Of a stretch of 64,000 nucleotides of DNA, positions 10,004-19,486 are shown one piece after another (position 1 is the first letter of the stretch; each line of letters starts with the position of its first letter). Source of the stretch: Candidatus Bathyarchaeota archaeon. Its GTDB lineage: Archaea; Thermoproteota; Bathyarchaeia; Bathyarchaeales; Bathycorpusculaceae. The DNA lies in assembly GCA_963767735.1 (NCBI GenBank), contig CAVYES010000008.1, positions 64,001 to 128,000 of the forward strand. Direction: 5' to 3'. The position numbers and the translations under genes are program-made. The notes below the pieces were generated by a model. That model searched no databases and was not told the DNA's origin. It saw only the letters and a list, made by a program, of their open reading frames with translations.

Positions 10004-11056
10004 CTATCTCGAAATAGTGATTTGCTGAGGCAGCGTTTGCATTCCAAGCGCTTCTCCGACAATGTAGTAACTCCCAGGTGATGCATGAAAAACCGGGCAT
10101 GACAAAGTGGGAACAAGAAGGCAAGGGCTAGCGCTTAAAGAGTTCAAATTGCAAACCTGATCCCACTCGAAACTCTGAGTGAAACTTGCACCTAGCAACA
10201 GGGAAACCTCCATGGCGAACATTGGAAAAGCCTTTCCTAAAGAATCCCGATATATTATTCCTGTGCTATTGTAAACTATGTAATCAAAACAATCGCCTGT
10301 ATAGGTGAAATCAATGGTTTTGTCGCTAACGTTGTTTATGCTTAAGGTAAAATCAACGGGTTCGCCAAGCGTATAATCGGTTTGTGCAGTAGATAGCGTT
10401 AGCGTTAATCCACCATCATGAATAAAAGGCGTTGGACCAGTCCAGTAGGCTATGTAAGCACTCATAAAAGCAAAGAAGTCGGCTGTCGTTATCGCGCCGT
10501 CATGCTCAAAATCAGCGGCTGGATTATACTGATTCTCACTATAATAGCTGATATAATCGTCCATGAACGCAAAAAAGCTTGTTGAATCGACTTCCCCTTG
10601 GCCGGTCAAATCACCGGGGCAAGTCAATAGTAACGTGCTACCCGTGCAAGTTTCACTTGTGATGCTGGTTTCTTCCGCAACAGGCCAAACTGTGGCACTT
10701 AAAACATAGTTGCCTAAGGCGAAACCAGTGGTGTTCCACACTGTTGATGCAACAGTTGAGCTTTCGCTCTGCAAAGTAATAGTTTGAGTACTGATTGTGA
10801 TACCGTTAACGGAAAATGTTACGTCAAAACTAACAGGTGAGGAACCAGAATTCTCGATATTACATGTTAGGGTTGCTGGAAATCCTTGTTCAACGAAAGA
10901 CTGAGAGCAGGTTACTCCTGTAGGCACTATATTATTTACAGTGTTTCCGCTTGACCCATCAAGTTGGGCGTCGGCCCAGAGTTTTGTCTCAGAAAACGGT
11001 AAGAGAACGCTTGCTACAAGAACAATCATAAGAAGCACGCATAGGTATTTTTTCAA
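10004..11056 (-). CDS. Secreted protein: CARDB/Ig-like domain + dockerin-like domain + C-terminal beta domain (BsuPI-like)
   Basis: Signal peptide; WNTTGFALGNYVLSA; GDLTGQGEVDSTSFFAFM...ADFEHDGAITTADFFAFMSAY; YTLGEPVDFTLSINN...FEWDQ. Confidence 0.75.
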   Translation of the reverse strand: MKKYLCVLLMIVLVASVLLPFSETKLWADAQLDGSSGNTVNNIVPTGVTCSQSFVEQGFPATLTCNIENSGSSPVSFDVTFSVNGITISTQTITLQSESSTVASTVWNTTGFALGNYVLSATVWPVAEETSITSETCTGSTLLLTCPGDLTGQGEVDSTSFFAFMDDYISYYSENQYNPAADFEHDGAITTADFFAFMSAYIAYWTGPTPFIHDGGLTLTLSTAQTDYTLGEPVDFTLSINNVSDKTIDFTYTGDCFDYIVYNSTGIIYRDSLGKAFPMFAMEVSLLLGASFTQSFEWDQVCNLNSLSASPCLLVPTLSCPVFHASPGSYYIVGEALGMQTLPQQITISR

Positions 11057-11300
11057 AGCGCTTACGCCCTAGAGAATATTGTTGCAGAAAAAGTATTTGA
11101 TGCTTACCAACATATAACATGAGGGGTCCAATAGTTTGGGTGGAAACTATTTAGAGACTTTTTGTCCTTTGAATCTGGAGCGCACTCCTATAATTGGCCA
11201 GGATATTGTTAAGTTAAGTTACCCAAGATAGAAACGTTTTAGAATATATAGGATAAATTAAAAAGTAAAGTTGTTTGCTTATTATTAAAATAGACTTACG

Positions 11301-11942
11301 ATGATGATTAAATACCCAAAGACAATAATTGTTGCCCTTGTTTTTCTAATTCTTGGTTTAATCATTTTCTTGCCCAGCCTAGTGTCAACACTTGCGGCAA
11401 GTAGCCAGATGAACAATATAACAAGTCAAGTAAATGCCTTAGATAGCCACTACGCTAACCTTCACCCCGACTGGAACCAAACTACTACGGACAATTACGT
11501 TTTTAACCAATATTTTTCTTCTCTTTTTCTTCCCTATATGGTTGCTCAACAGTCATTTTCACAGGGTATTCAAGGTATCGAGTTTAGCGCAGTATTATTT
11601 GGTGTTTCAACTGTTTTATTTGTAACCAGATTTGCCCTGATTAGAATCAAAAGCAAACAGATAGCCAACGTTATTCTTCTCAATGTATGTTTATGCGTTG
11701 TTTACGTTGTTTCTTCTATTTTTGTTTGGTCATATGCGAATGAAGTAGCGAATAACAGCGTTAAACTATATTGGAACCCTATAGAAATAGTGCCACAACA
11801 GACTCCGTTCTTAAACAGTTCAGTATACTTTGCGACTTTTTTGAATCTGCCATTCATAACTTTTTGGTTAATTCCCATCGCCAACCTGTATTATTTTTCC
11901 AGAATAATAAGAGAAAAAAATCGCCAAACTACTGAACCTTAA
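11301..11942 (+). CDS. Hypothetical membrane protein
   Basis: 213 aa ORF with about 4 hydrophobic segments. Confidence 0.6.
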   Translation: MMIKYPKTIIVALVFLILGLIIFLPSLVSTLAASSQMNNITSQVNALDSHYANLHPDWNQTTTDNYVFNQYFSSLFLPYMVAQQSFSQGIQGIEFSAVLFGVSTVLFVTRFALIRIKSKQIANVILLNVCLCVVYVVSSIFVWSYANEVANNSVKLYWNPIEIVPQQTPFLNSSVYFATFLNLPFITFWLIPIANLYYFSRIIREKNRQTTEP

Positions 11943-12145
11943 ACCTTTATTTAACTTTCTTTTCATATTCCTCTTCTGTTATGCGCTTGTTATGCGCTCT
12001 TCCAGAACCAAAAGTACTATTATCCAAATATTCGCATTTTTTAAATTCAGTTTCTTATTCAAAATGATTAAGATTTTTCTGTAAGTTTTAGACATAAAAA
12101 ATGCGTCCAAAAAGTACGGCAAGACAAAAAATGAATCTGTCAAGA

Positions 12146-12241
12146 AACAGTCGCGACATTGCGACATCGAAAATGTGTTTTAAAACTGAAAAATGATTTT
12201 GAAAAATAATTGAGTTTTTCAATTCTCAACTTCGCAACTGA
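12146..12241. repeat. ~95-bp dispersed repeat with imperfect inverted ends, copy 1
   Basis: About 80% identical by manual alignment to 14759-14853; starts CAGTCGCGAC, ends TTCGCAACTG. Confidence 0.8.
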
Positions 12242-12304
12242 TCGCCCGCAATTCTTTCTTTCTTTTTTGGCAATCGAAATTGGGAAAAGAGCAATTAAAA
12301 TAAG

Positions 12305-14437
12305 TTAGTTGGTGTGTCCTGTGAGCGATTCTCCGTATGCTATATAATAACTCATGAATAGGAAGAAGTCCACATTGTCAATTTTTCCGTCATGATTCAA
12401 ATCGCAAGCCGCGGTGTAAACACCGTTAGCGTTGTACTGAATATACGCATCCATCCAAAAGAAGAAGTCACTTGCATCAACCTTACCATTATTGAAAAAG
12501 TCAATGGCCGTCCATTGGAGGCTGCTCCGCGCGACCACATAAACTGATGCATTCACGACTTGGAAGGCAATACTGCTGATTCCCTGATCACCGTCGCCTG
12601 AGGATGGGGCAATTATAGTATTGAGTGGATCAATAGTTATGTTGGCGTTTCCTATGCCTATTGCTTGAAACTCGAGCGTAAAAAGAACCCCTGAGCCGCT
12701 TGCGGCTGCTATTCTGCCAAGAGCATCGCCTACTCCTCCTTCGATTGTGCCGGCTGTATTATTTATAAGCCCGACCAAGAAGAAAGTATTGCCTGCCTGA
12801 TCAAGGTAAGGTCCCTCAGTTACTTTTAGCAATTTAAGAACGCCAGGCGTCCAATCTAAGTACACAACGTAACCCCAAACGGAGTATGCTTCACCTATCC
12901 TAACGTCAACATTGATTAATGTACCATTGAATGCGGCAATGTCCGAATTCAAGGTCCCTGACTGAACAACGCTAATCTGGGTCGGAAGACTTGCATTTAA
13001 CAATTCTAAACTAACAGTCTGGTTGCTAGGCACATTATTCGTATCTCCACTGTAAATCGCTGTAATCAACACTTTCCCTGGGTTAGCGTCAATGTATGTA
13101 GTGGATGATGTTCCAGAGTTCAGAGTAGTAATGTCAGAACTAAAAGTTCCTGAGCCGCTGCTGGTTTTCCAAGTTATAGTACCGGTTGGATTTGCGCCTG
13201 ATACCTTCACTATGCATATGACGGAGCTTCCAGCTGAAGCAGAATTTGAGCTGAGGTTAAGGCTTGTTAAAGATCCATATGAACAAAAAGAGTAAAGGTT
13301 GCCATCCGAGGAGCCTACATAAAGATTTCCATTGGCAAAGGCGGCAGATGTTGGATTGGCAATCTGGTAAACCCTTAACTCATTTCCGCTTGTCGCATTC
13401 AAGACGTAAAGATTTTCAGTTGAACCAATGTAAACTGCACCCGAAACTACTGCCGGAGAATCGAGTATAGCATTACCAGTGGTTTGATAACTCCATATTA
13501 CGCTACCTGATTTAGCGTTCAAAGCATAAACGTTGCCGTCTTCCGAGCCCGCATAAACAATCCCGTTCGCAAATGCGGGAGACGAGAGCACTGGACCTTT
13601 GGCTTGATAATTCCAAAGTTCTATGCCAGTTGTCGCATTTAATGCATAGACATGACTGTCGTCTGAACCGAAATAAACGACTCCGCTGTCAACTGCTGGT
13701 GTGTAAACCCAACCGCCGGACGTGAAATTCCAGAGGCTTTTACCATTTGAAGCATTCAAAGCGTACAAGTTATCATTAAATCCGCCAAAATAAACAAACC
13801 CATTGTCTACAGCGGGAGATGTGGGGCTAGCATAAGTAGTCAGTGGGGTCGTATCATAGCCCCAGATCTTGTTCCCTGTTGTCGAATTCAAAGCATACAT
13901 GATTCCATCATAAGAGCCAACGTAGATTATGCCTGAAGCAACTGTTGGAGAAGAATCTATAGCTTCGCCTGTTTGGTAACTCCAGATTTCGCTGCCAGTA
14001 GAAGCGTTCAAAGCGTATATGTTGCCGTTGCTGCTACCGACATAAACTACAGAATTATCCACGGCTGGACTGGATTCAATTACGTCGCCAGGCGCGCCTG
14101 TTGCGTAATTCCATATTTTATTACCTGTCGACGAATTCACAGCATATACGTTATCATCAAGTGAGCCAACGAACACAGCCCCATAGGCGATTACTGGAGC
14201 CCCCCATATTTGGTTTTGTGTTTTAAATTGCCATTGAGATTGATTGGCGGCTGTAACATCAGACAGTAAGTAGCCTGTATGGCTTGGGTCATGTTGGAAC
14301 ATAGGCCAAGAGTTTTGGTCGCTGTTTGAGTTGCTGCTTTGAGCGTTATCGTCAGCTTTTGCTTTCGGCAAAAGCGCAGTGAATATTGATACACACATAA
14401 TTGCAATTAGCATTATCGCTATCGCTGTTTTCTTCAC
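12305..14437 (-). CDS. Secreted PQQ beta-propeller + Ig-like + cohesin-like + dockerin-like protein (likely start GTG 14437; ORF track starts 14521)
   Basis: Signal peptide MKKTAIAIML..AKA; propeller repeats; ITAIYSGDTN Ig-like strand; cohesin-like 'WGYVVYLDWTPGVLKLLKVTEGPYL...SGSGVLFTLEFQAIG'; dockerin DFFNNGKVDASDFF / DLNHDGKIDNVDFF. Confidence 0.85.
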   Translation of the reverse strand: MKKTAIAIMLIAIMCVSIFTALLPKAKADDNAQSSNSNSDQNSWPMFQHDPSHTGYLLSDVTAANQSQWQFKTQNQIWGAPVIAYGAVFVGSLDDNVYAVNSSTGNKIWNYATGAPGDVIESSPAVDNSVVYVGSSNGNIYALNASTGSEIWSYQTGEAIDSSPTVASGIIYVGSYDGIMYALNSTTGNKIWGYDTTPLTTYASPTSPAVDNGFVYFGGFNDNLYALNASNGKSLWNFTSGGWVYTPAVDSGVVYFGSDDSHVYALNATTGIELWNYQAKGPVLSSPAFANGIVYAGSEDGNVYALNAKSGSVIWSYQTTGNAILDSPAVVSGAVYIGSTENLYVLNATSGNELRVYQIANPTSAAFANGNLYVGSSDGNLYSFCSYGSLTSLNLSSNSASAGSSVICIVKVSGANPTGTITWKTSSGSGTFSSDITTLNSGTSSTTYIDANPGKVLITAIYSGDTNNVPSNQTVSLELLNASLPTQISVVQSGTLNSDIAAFNGTLINVDVRIGEAYSVWGYVVYLDWTPGVLKLLKVTEGPYLDQAGNTFFLVGLINNTAGTIEGGVGDALGRIAAASGSGVLFTLEFQAIGIGNANITIDPLNTIIAPSSGDGDQGISSIAFQVVNASVYVVARSSLQWTAIDFFNNGKVDASDFFFWMDAYIQYNANGVYTAACDLNHDGKIDNVDFFLFMSYYIAYGESLTGHTN

Positions 14438-14758
14438 TGTTTCTTTCTCCAACAAGCAATCGATTATACAAAAAATAGTATTTGACACCTTTCGCTTTAG
14501 AAAACATAGACAAAGCTGCAAAATTATAGGGCTATTTAGCTGATAAAAGAAGAGCGCTGCCTTGTCGAGAGTGTGTGAAAAGTCTCTTATTTTGCTGACT
14601 GGTTACCGTTAGCCTTAAATCTAGACTAGCTTCACAGCAAATGGAAGAGAAGTTGAAAAGCCATGAGCGAACATGTAGAAGGTCTAAGCAGAAACCAGAC
14701 AGCCCTCTTCCGGTTAAAAAATAAAAGGTTTGTTTGAGGAACTGCAAGGAATAATGTT

Positions 14759-14853
14759 AACAGTGCAACATTGCGACATTGAAAAGGGTTTTTAAAAATG
14801 AAAAACGATTTTAAGAAATATTTACGTTTTTCAGTTCGCGAAGTCGCGACTGA
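14759..14853. repeat. ~95-bp dispersed repeat with imperfect inverted ends, copy 2
   Basis: Same orientation as 12146-12241; ends GTCGCGACTG, the reverse complement of the copy 1 start. Confidence 0.8.
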
Positions 14854-15209
14854 AACTATGTCAAACGTTCACTTCATTGCCCCAAGTTGAAAGATTGAAA
14901 ACGCGCGCGCTTGATGAAGGAAAAGTCACCATCACTGTAATCATAAAATGGTGTTTATGTAATGGTACTTTCCCCTCACCGTGCCTTCTCGCTTTCTCCT
15001 GGGTTTAATTAAGAACGCTATCACTATATGATATTTGCCGCTATAGAAAATATTGAGCAAATAGTTTTTTCGAATCTATTTAGTACGCATATCCATTGGA
15101 AAATACCAATGGATTGGTCGCTATTTAGCAATAATGTTAACGCTTAGTTTTTTATTCAGTTTAGAGTAAGATTTGAAACAGCCAAAAAAGCCGGCGCTTT
15201 TAGGTCATT

Positions 15210-15335
15210 TTAGCAATCTATTAGATGCGCTGTTCCGTCGGGACAGTAACATTTGTCTCCAACATTGGCTTTGGCAAAGCGTCGTTTGCATTCGTATAAT
15301 CGTTTCCCGCAGCCATTGCAATCTCGACTAAGCAT
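15210..15335 (-). CDS. 41-aa Cys-rich microprotein (not in ORF track)
   Basis: Manual translation MLSRDCNGCGKRLYECKRRFAKANVGDKCYCPDGTAHLIDC; CxxC, C, CxC..H pattern. Confidence 0.55.
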   Translation of the reverse strand: MLSRDCNGCGKRLYECKRRFAKANVGDKCYCPDGTAHLIDC

Positions 15336-15643
15336 TTTGTTTCTTCATCCTTAAGATTCAATCGACAATAATCATTAATGAAAGAGATAAAACTATTCTA
15401 TGAATACAATATAGGGATACTATATTTCGTTAGGCTTGCAAACTTGCGCACTTCAGATAATATTGATTTTAATGATAAGTAAAGCAAAATCTTGCTCTGT
15501 AACACGCCAGTTTAAACCAGAGTTTTCGCAGAAACATTGCGGTAGAAACGAGCCAACCTCGAAGTCTTGCTATATAGATAATAATCTTGTTGTTAGATTA
15601 TGCAGCAAGACTTTATTTATGCAATTTAAGTAAGCAGATAAAC

Positions 15644-15751
15644 ATGGGCACCTGTACAATGCGTGAATCCCCGTGCAAGTGCGGGGGCAGATGGTTCAAG
15701 TCAGAAGCGGATGGTACGCGCAGATGCATTAAATGCGGCCAACCCAGATAA
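15644..15751 (+). CDS. 35-aa zinc-finger microprotein (not in ORF track)
   Basis: Manual translation MGTCTMRESPCKCGGRWFKSEADGTRRCIKCGQPR; CxCG...CxxCG. Confidence 0.55.
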   Translation: MGTCTMRESPCKCGGRWFKSEADGTRRCIKCGQPR

Positions 15752-15940
15752 AAGCCAGCAGATAATAAACTCCTCTTTAAAGCAAACTTTTCAAGGTCAG
15801 AAATTGTTTTAGCCATGCCATTTATAGCGTTTTTGCTTTGAAGGAGTATAGAACCAAAGCGTTTTCTATATAGTTAATACAATCTACCAAGGTATTTCTT
15901 AAGTTTGAGAAAGTTCAAACATAGTATGGGAAGAGGAACG

Positions 15941-16165
15941 ATGCAAAAAATCAGCAGTTCAATAATCTTTACGTGCCCAGGATGCAAAGAAGCCTTCGAA
16001 TTCGATCCTGTTGATGAATACCAATTAGTCTTCTGCCCAATCTGCGGCAGCAACTTCATGACCATCCGAAAAAACGGCACATTACTGCTTGAATCCTTTG
16101 AGTTTAACCCAAATGAAACTTCCCATCTGGTCGAACTAAGTGAGGTGACAATGGTTGAAAGTTAA
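15941..16165 (+). CDS. Small zinc-ribbon protein (LysW-like fold); likely start ATG 15941
   Basis: CPGC-x16-CPICG; GAGG upstream. Confidence 0.7.
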   Translation: MQKISSSIIFTCPGCKEAFEFDPVDEYQLVFCPICGSNFMTIRKNGTLLLESFEFNPNETSHLVELSEVTMVES

Positions 16166-16310
16166 ATGCGTAGGCTGCGAAAGAAAATTTGATGTTTCTC
16201 CAGAAAACTTTTCAAACTATGAAATAGTCTTCTGCCCAATCTGCGGATTAGACTATCGAGTCATCAAGAAAACAAGCAACGTTATAATAAAATCAATACA
16301 ATACGCATAA
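16155..16310 (+). CDS. 51-aa zinc-ribbon paralog of the preceding gene (not in ORF track)
   Basis: Manual translation MKVKCVGCERKFDVSPENFSNYEIVFCPICGLDYRVIKKTSNVIIKSIQYA; GAGGTGA upstream; overlaps the previous stop. Confidence 0.65.
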   Translation: MKVKCVGCERKFDVSPENFSNYEIVFCPICGLDYRVIKKTSNVIIKSIQYA

Positions 16311-16428
16311 ATCAAAAATAAACAACCATAATTTCTTAATTTTTCGATCCCTACGCTCATGTTCAAGAGCTTTTCTGACCTCAAAAAAATACGCAAGCTT
16401 TTAACTCTCAATAGCTTTCTTTGTTTTT

Positions 16429-16959
16429 ATGAAAGAACTGGAAGTCAAAATTTTAGAGGTTAACAGGTTAAAGATTGAAGAAATCCTCATCAGTTTGGGT
16501 GCCAAAAAAGTTTTCGACGGTGAGATCCAAACTTTGCTTTTTGACTTTAAAGATGGCTCAATAATTAAAGCAAAAAACGTGTTGCGCTTAAGGAAAGAAC
16601 AAGATAAGATCGAATTAACCTTCAAAAAAGTTCACATCACAGAAACAGCCAAACTAGCGGAAGAATATACTGTAGAAGTATCAAATCTGGAAACTATGAA
16701 GAAAATCTTGGAAAACGTAGGCTTATCCATTATCGAAAACATGACAAAACACAGAGTAAGCTACAAAATCGATAATACACGATTTGATATTGATCATTAC
16801 ACGGGTAACTACGGATACATCCCTGAGTTTATGGAAATCGAATCGGAAAACAGTGATTTGATCCATAAATACGCTGCTCTTTTAGGATTCCAAGCCAAAG
16901 ACTGCCTGCCATGGTCAACTGACGAATTAATCCGCCACTATTCCTCAAAAAAAACCTAA
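16429..16959 (+). CDS. cyaB: CYTH-domain protein (class IV adenylate cyclase / triphosphate tunnel metalloenzyme)
   Basis: N-terminal ExExK (ELEVK), LRLR, LTFK, KHR, EIE motifs. Confidence 0.85.
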   Translation: MKELEVKILEVNRLKIEEILISLGAKKVFDGEIQTLLFDFKDGSIIKAKNVLRLRKEQDKIELTFKKVHITETAKLAEEYTVEVSNLETMKKILENVGLSIIENMTKHRVSYKIDNTRFDIDHYTGNYGYIPEFMEIESENSDLIHKYAALLGFQAKDCLPWSTDELIRHYSSKKT

Positions 16960-17341
16960 GCCCACTAATAAAAAATCCATTGTCCTAAATGCAAGATGCG
17001 GTATTTGTTTAGGAGGAGGAAGCTCTCCAAGCGCAATGCATGAGGTTGCTTCTCTTACTATATAGCCTATTTATAACTATATATTCTATTTTCGGAGTCC
17101 TTTAATGATAACTTCTTCAATTGAAACAGAGGTAACGCCAAATGCACCGAAAAGTTCCCCTCTTCGAATATGAGACGTTTGCAGTCCGCAAAACAAAATG
17201 CATCGAAACTCAGGATTTGCCCAGGAAGCGCGACCGCTGAAGGCAAATAACACAGCCCAGCGAAAAATTGTTTTTCACACAGATCGATTGATAAGTTACA
17301 AACTCCATTTTATAGCCCAAAGTAACCCATCTCCAAAATAA

Positions 17342-19486
17342 ATGAAAACCCAAGAGGTAAAACCCTTGACAGCCTCAAATACCCTTGATTCAGAAGCAAA
17401 CAATGCCTTGAGCCAGAAAAAACTCTTAGACAACCCAAACTACTACATTAACAGAGAACTCAGCTGGATAAGATTTAACAAACGAGTCCTTGAAGAAGCA
17501 CAAGACCAGTGGCATCCCCTGCTGGAAAGGGTAAAATTCATTGCCATCTGCGGCAGCAACCTTGATGAATTCTTCATGACACGAGTACCTAGGCTCATGA
17601 AAAAAATCAAGGCGGGTTCCGACGAAAAATCGATGGATGGAATGACAGCCATAGAGCAGATTGAGGCTACAAGAAAAGAGATAATGCCCTTAGTCGAAAA
17701 GCATGCTGCTTGCTGGCGAAACGAACTTCTTCCCGCTTTAGCAAAAGAAAAAATCTACATTTGGAAATTTAACCAATTAGGAGAAAAAGAGAAAAAAAAC
17801 CTGCGTGACTTCTTCCAGCAATCTATTCTTCCACTCGTAAAAACGCATAAGGAAGGCCTAAATGACCCTGCAGCTGAGAATCTTCACGTCACACTCTACG
17901 TATCAGGCTTCACTAACCAAGATTTTTACAGCTTAGTGGATGTCCCAACCGAAGATTTTGGAAGGCTGATTAGAATCCCAAAAAGCGTTTACAGCCAAGA
18001 AGTAGAATATAACTTTGTCTTTGTTGAAGATATAATGGTAAACAATTTAGACCTAATTTTCCCAAATGAAAAAAACTTGACGGCATATCAGTTTAGGCTT
18101 ACACGCAATGGAGAAATAAACATTCTAATGGATGAGTCAGCAGACTTCCTCAGTTCTGTAAAGAAGAGTCTGTCGACCAGAAAAGCTGGGTTCCCAAGCA
18201 GGCTAGAATTTGAAAGGAAAGTGCCAGAAACCATTAAAGAAGACATAGCTGAAGCCTTAGGCTTGCCAGAATACGTAACTTACGAGTTTGATGGACCACT
18301 TGGGTTAGTGGATCTATGGCAAATGCTTAAAATAAATCGCCCCGACCTTAAAGACAAAAGTTTCCTCCCCTGCATTTCGCCCCTTCTGACCCCTGAAAAA
18401 GATATGTTTGCAACCATCGACAAACAAGACTTCGTCCTATATCATCCCTACGACGGCTTTGAAGTAATCATTGACCTTCTAAAAGAGGCCGCCGAGGATA
18501 GTAATGTTTTGGAAATCTGCATAACAATGTACCGTATGGATCATAACTCTCCAATTGTTGGTGCATTAATTGAGGCGGCTGAGAAAGGCAAAAAAGTAAC
18601 TGCAATAGTTGAGCTGAAAGCTAAATTTGATGAAGAAAACAATATTCTTCTAGTTTCAAAACTTAGGCAAGGCGGAATAAATACCGTTTATAATTTTCCG
18701 AACTTTAAGGTTCATGCAAAACTCTGCTTAATTGTCAGGAAGGAAGAAGATAAAATTGTAAGATATTCGCACATCGGGTCAGGGAACTATAATGCGGTTA
18801 CAGCGAAAATTTACGGTGATATAGGTTACTTAACGTCAAACCCCGAAGTGGGGGCGGAACTTGAAGAGCTTTTCAACATTATTATAAATGGGCTTCAAGA
18901 AAAAGAATTCAAACACCTTCTTGTTGCCCCTAAAACGCTGAAGAGTGAAATTCTCGGTCGAATTGACAGGGAAATAAGTTTTCACCAAAAAACAGGCAAA
19001 GGCTACTTAGCTTTTAAACTTAACAACTTAGAGGAAACTGAAGTTATTCAAGCCTTATACAAGGCATCGATAGCTGGAATCAAGATTGACCTCAACGTCC
19101 GAGGTTTATGCTGCTTAAGACCTAGAATAAAAGGAATAAGCGATAACATTTCAGTGATATCTATAGTTGGACGCTTCCTTGAACACGCCCGAATCTATTA
19201 CTTCCATGATGATGCTCAAGAGGAAGTCCTTGTTGGCAGCTCAGACATGATGTTCAGAAATCTCAACGAAAGAGTTGAAGTCCTGATGTCAGTGCCAGAT
19301 CCACAGCTACGTCGCGCTATCCTTGAATATATGCTTAAAATCAGCCTTCACGACAACGTCAAAGCAAGAAGATTACTGCCGGATGGAACGTATGAGAGAG
19401 TAAAACCTAGAGAAGGCGAAAAAGCCCTCAACTCTCAAGCGTGGCTCATTCAGAACAGAGGCATTTGGAATGAACGTTCCAATTAA
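17342..19486 (+). CDS. ppk1: Polyphosphate kinase 1
   Basis: NRELSWIRFN, NLDEFFM, YHPY, ELKAKFDEENN, KVHAK (catalytic His), GSGNYN, GRFLEHARIYYF. Confidence 0.95.
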   Translation: MKTQEVKPLTASNTLDSEANNALSQKKLLDNPNYYINRELSWIRFNKRVLEEAQDQWHPLLERVKFIAICGSNLDEFFMTRVPRLMKKIKAGSDEKSMDGMTAIEQIEATRKEIMPLVEKHAACWRNELLPALAKEKIYIWKFNQLGEKEKKNLRDFFQQSILPLVKTHKEGLNDPAAENLHVTLYVSGFTNQDFYSLVDVPTEDFGRLIRIPKSVYSQEVEYNFVFVEDIMVNNLDLIFPNEKNLTAYQFRLTRNGEINILMDESADFLSSVKKSLSTRKAGFPSRLEFERKVPETIKEDIAEALGLPEYVTYEFDGPLGLVDLWQMLKINRPDLKDKSFLPCISPLLTPEKDMFATIDKQDFVLYHPYDGFEVIIDLLKEAAEDSNVLEICITMYRMDHNSPIVGALIEAAEKGKKVTAIVELKAKFDEENNILLVSKLRQGGINTVYNFPNFKVHAKLCLIVRKEEDKIVRYSHIGSGNYNAVTAKIYGDIGYLTSNPEVGAELEELFNIIINGLQEKEFKHLLVAPKTLKSEILGRIDREISFHQKTGKGYLAFKLNNLEETEVIQALYKASIAGIKIDLNVRGLCCLRPRIKGISDNISVISIVGRFLEHARIYYFHDDAQEEVLVGSSDMMFRNLNERVEVLMSVPDPQLRRAILEYMLKISLHDNVKARRLLPDGTYERVKPREGEKALNSQAWLIQNRGIWNERSN

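Noticed and set aside
12146-14853. Calling the 95-bp repeats integron attC sites
   Set aside because: Canonical RYYYAAC/GTTRRRY ends were not convincingly found and no integron integrase is in the window; kept only as an unexplained repeat
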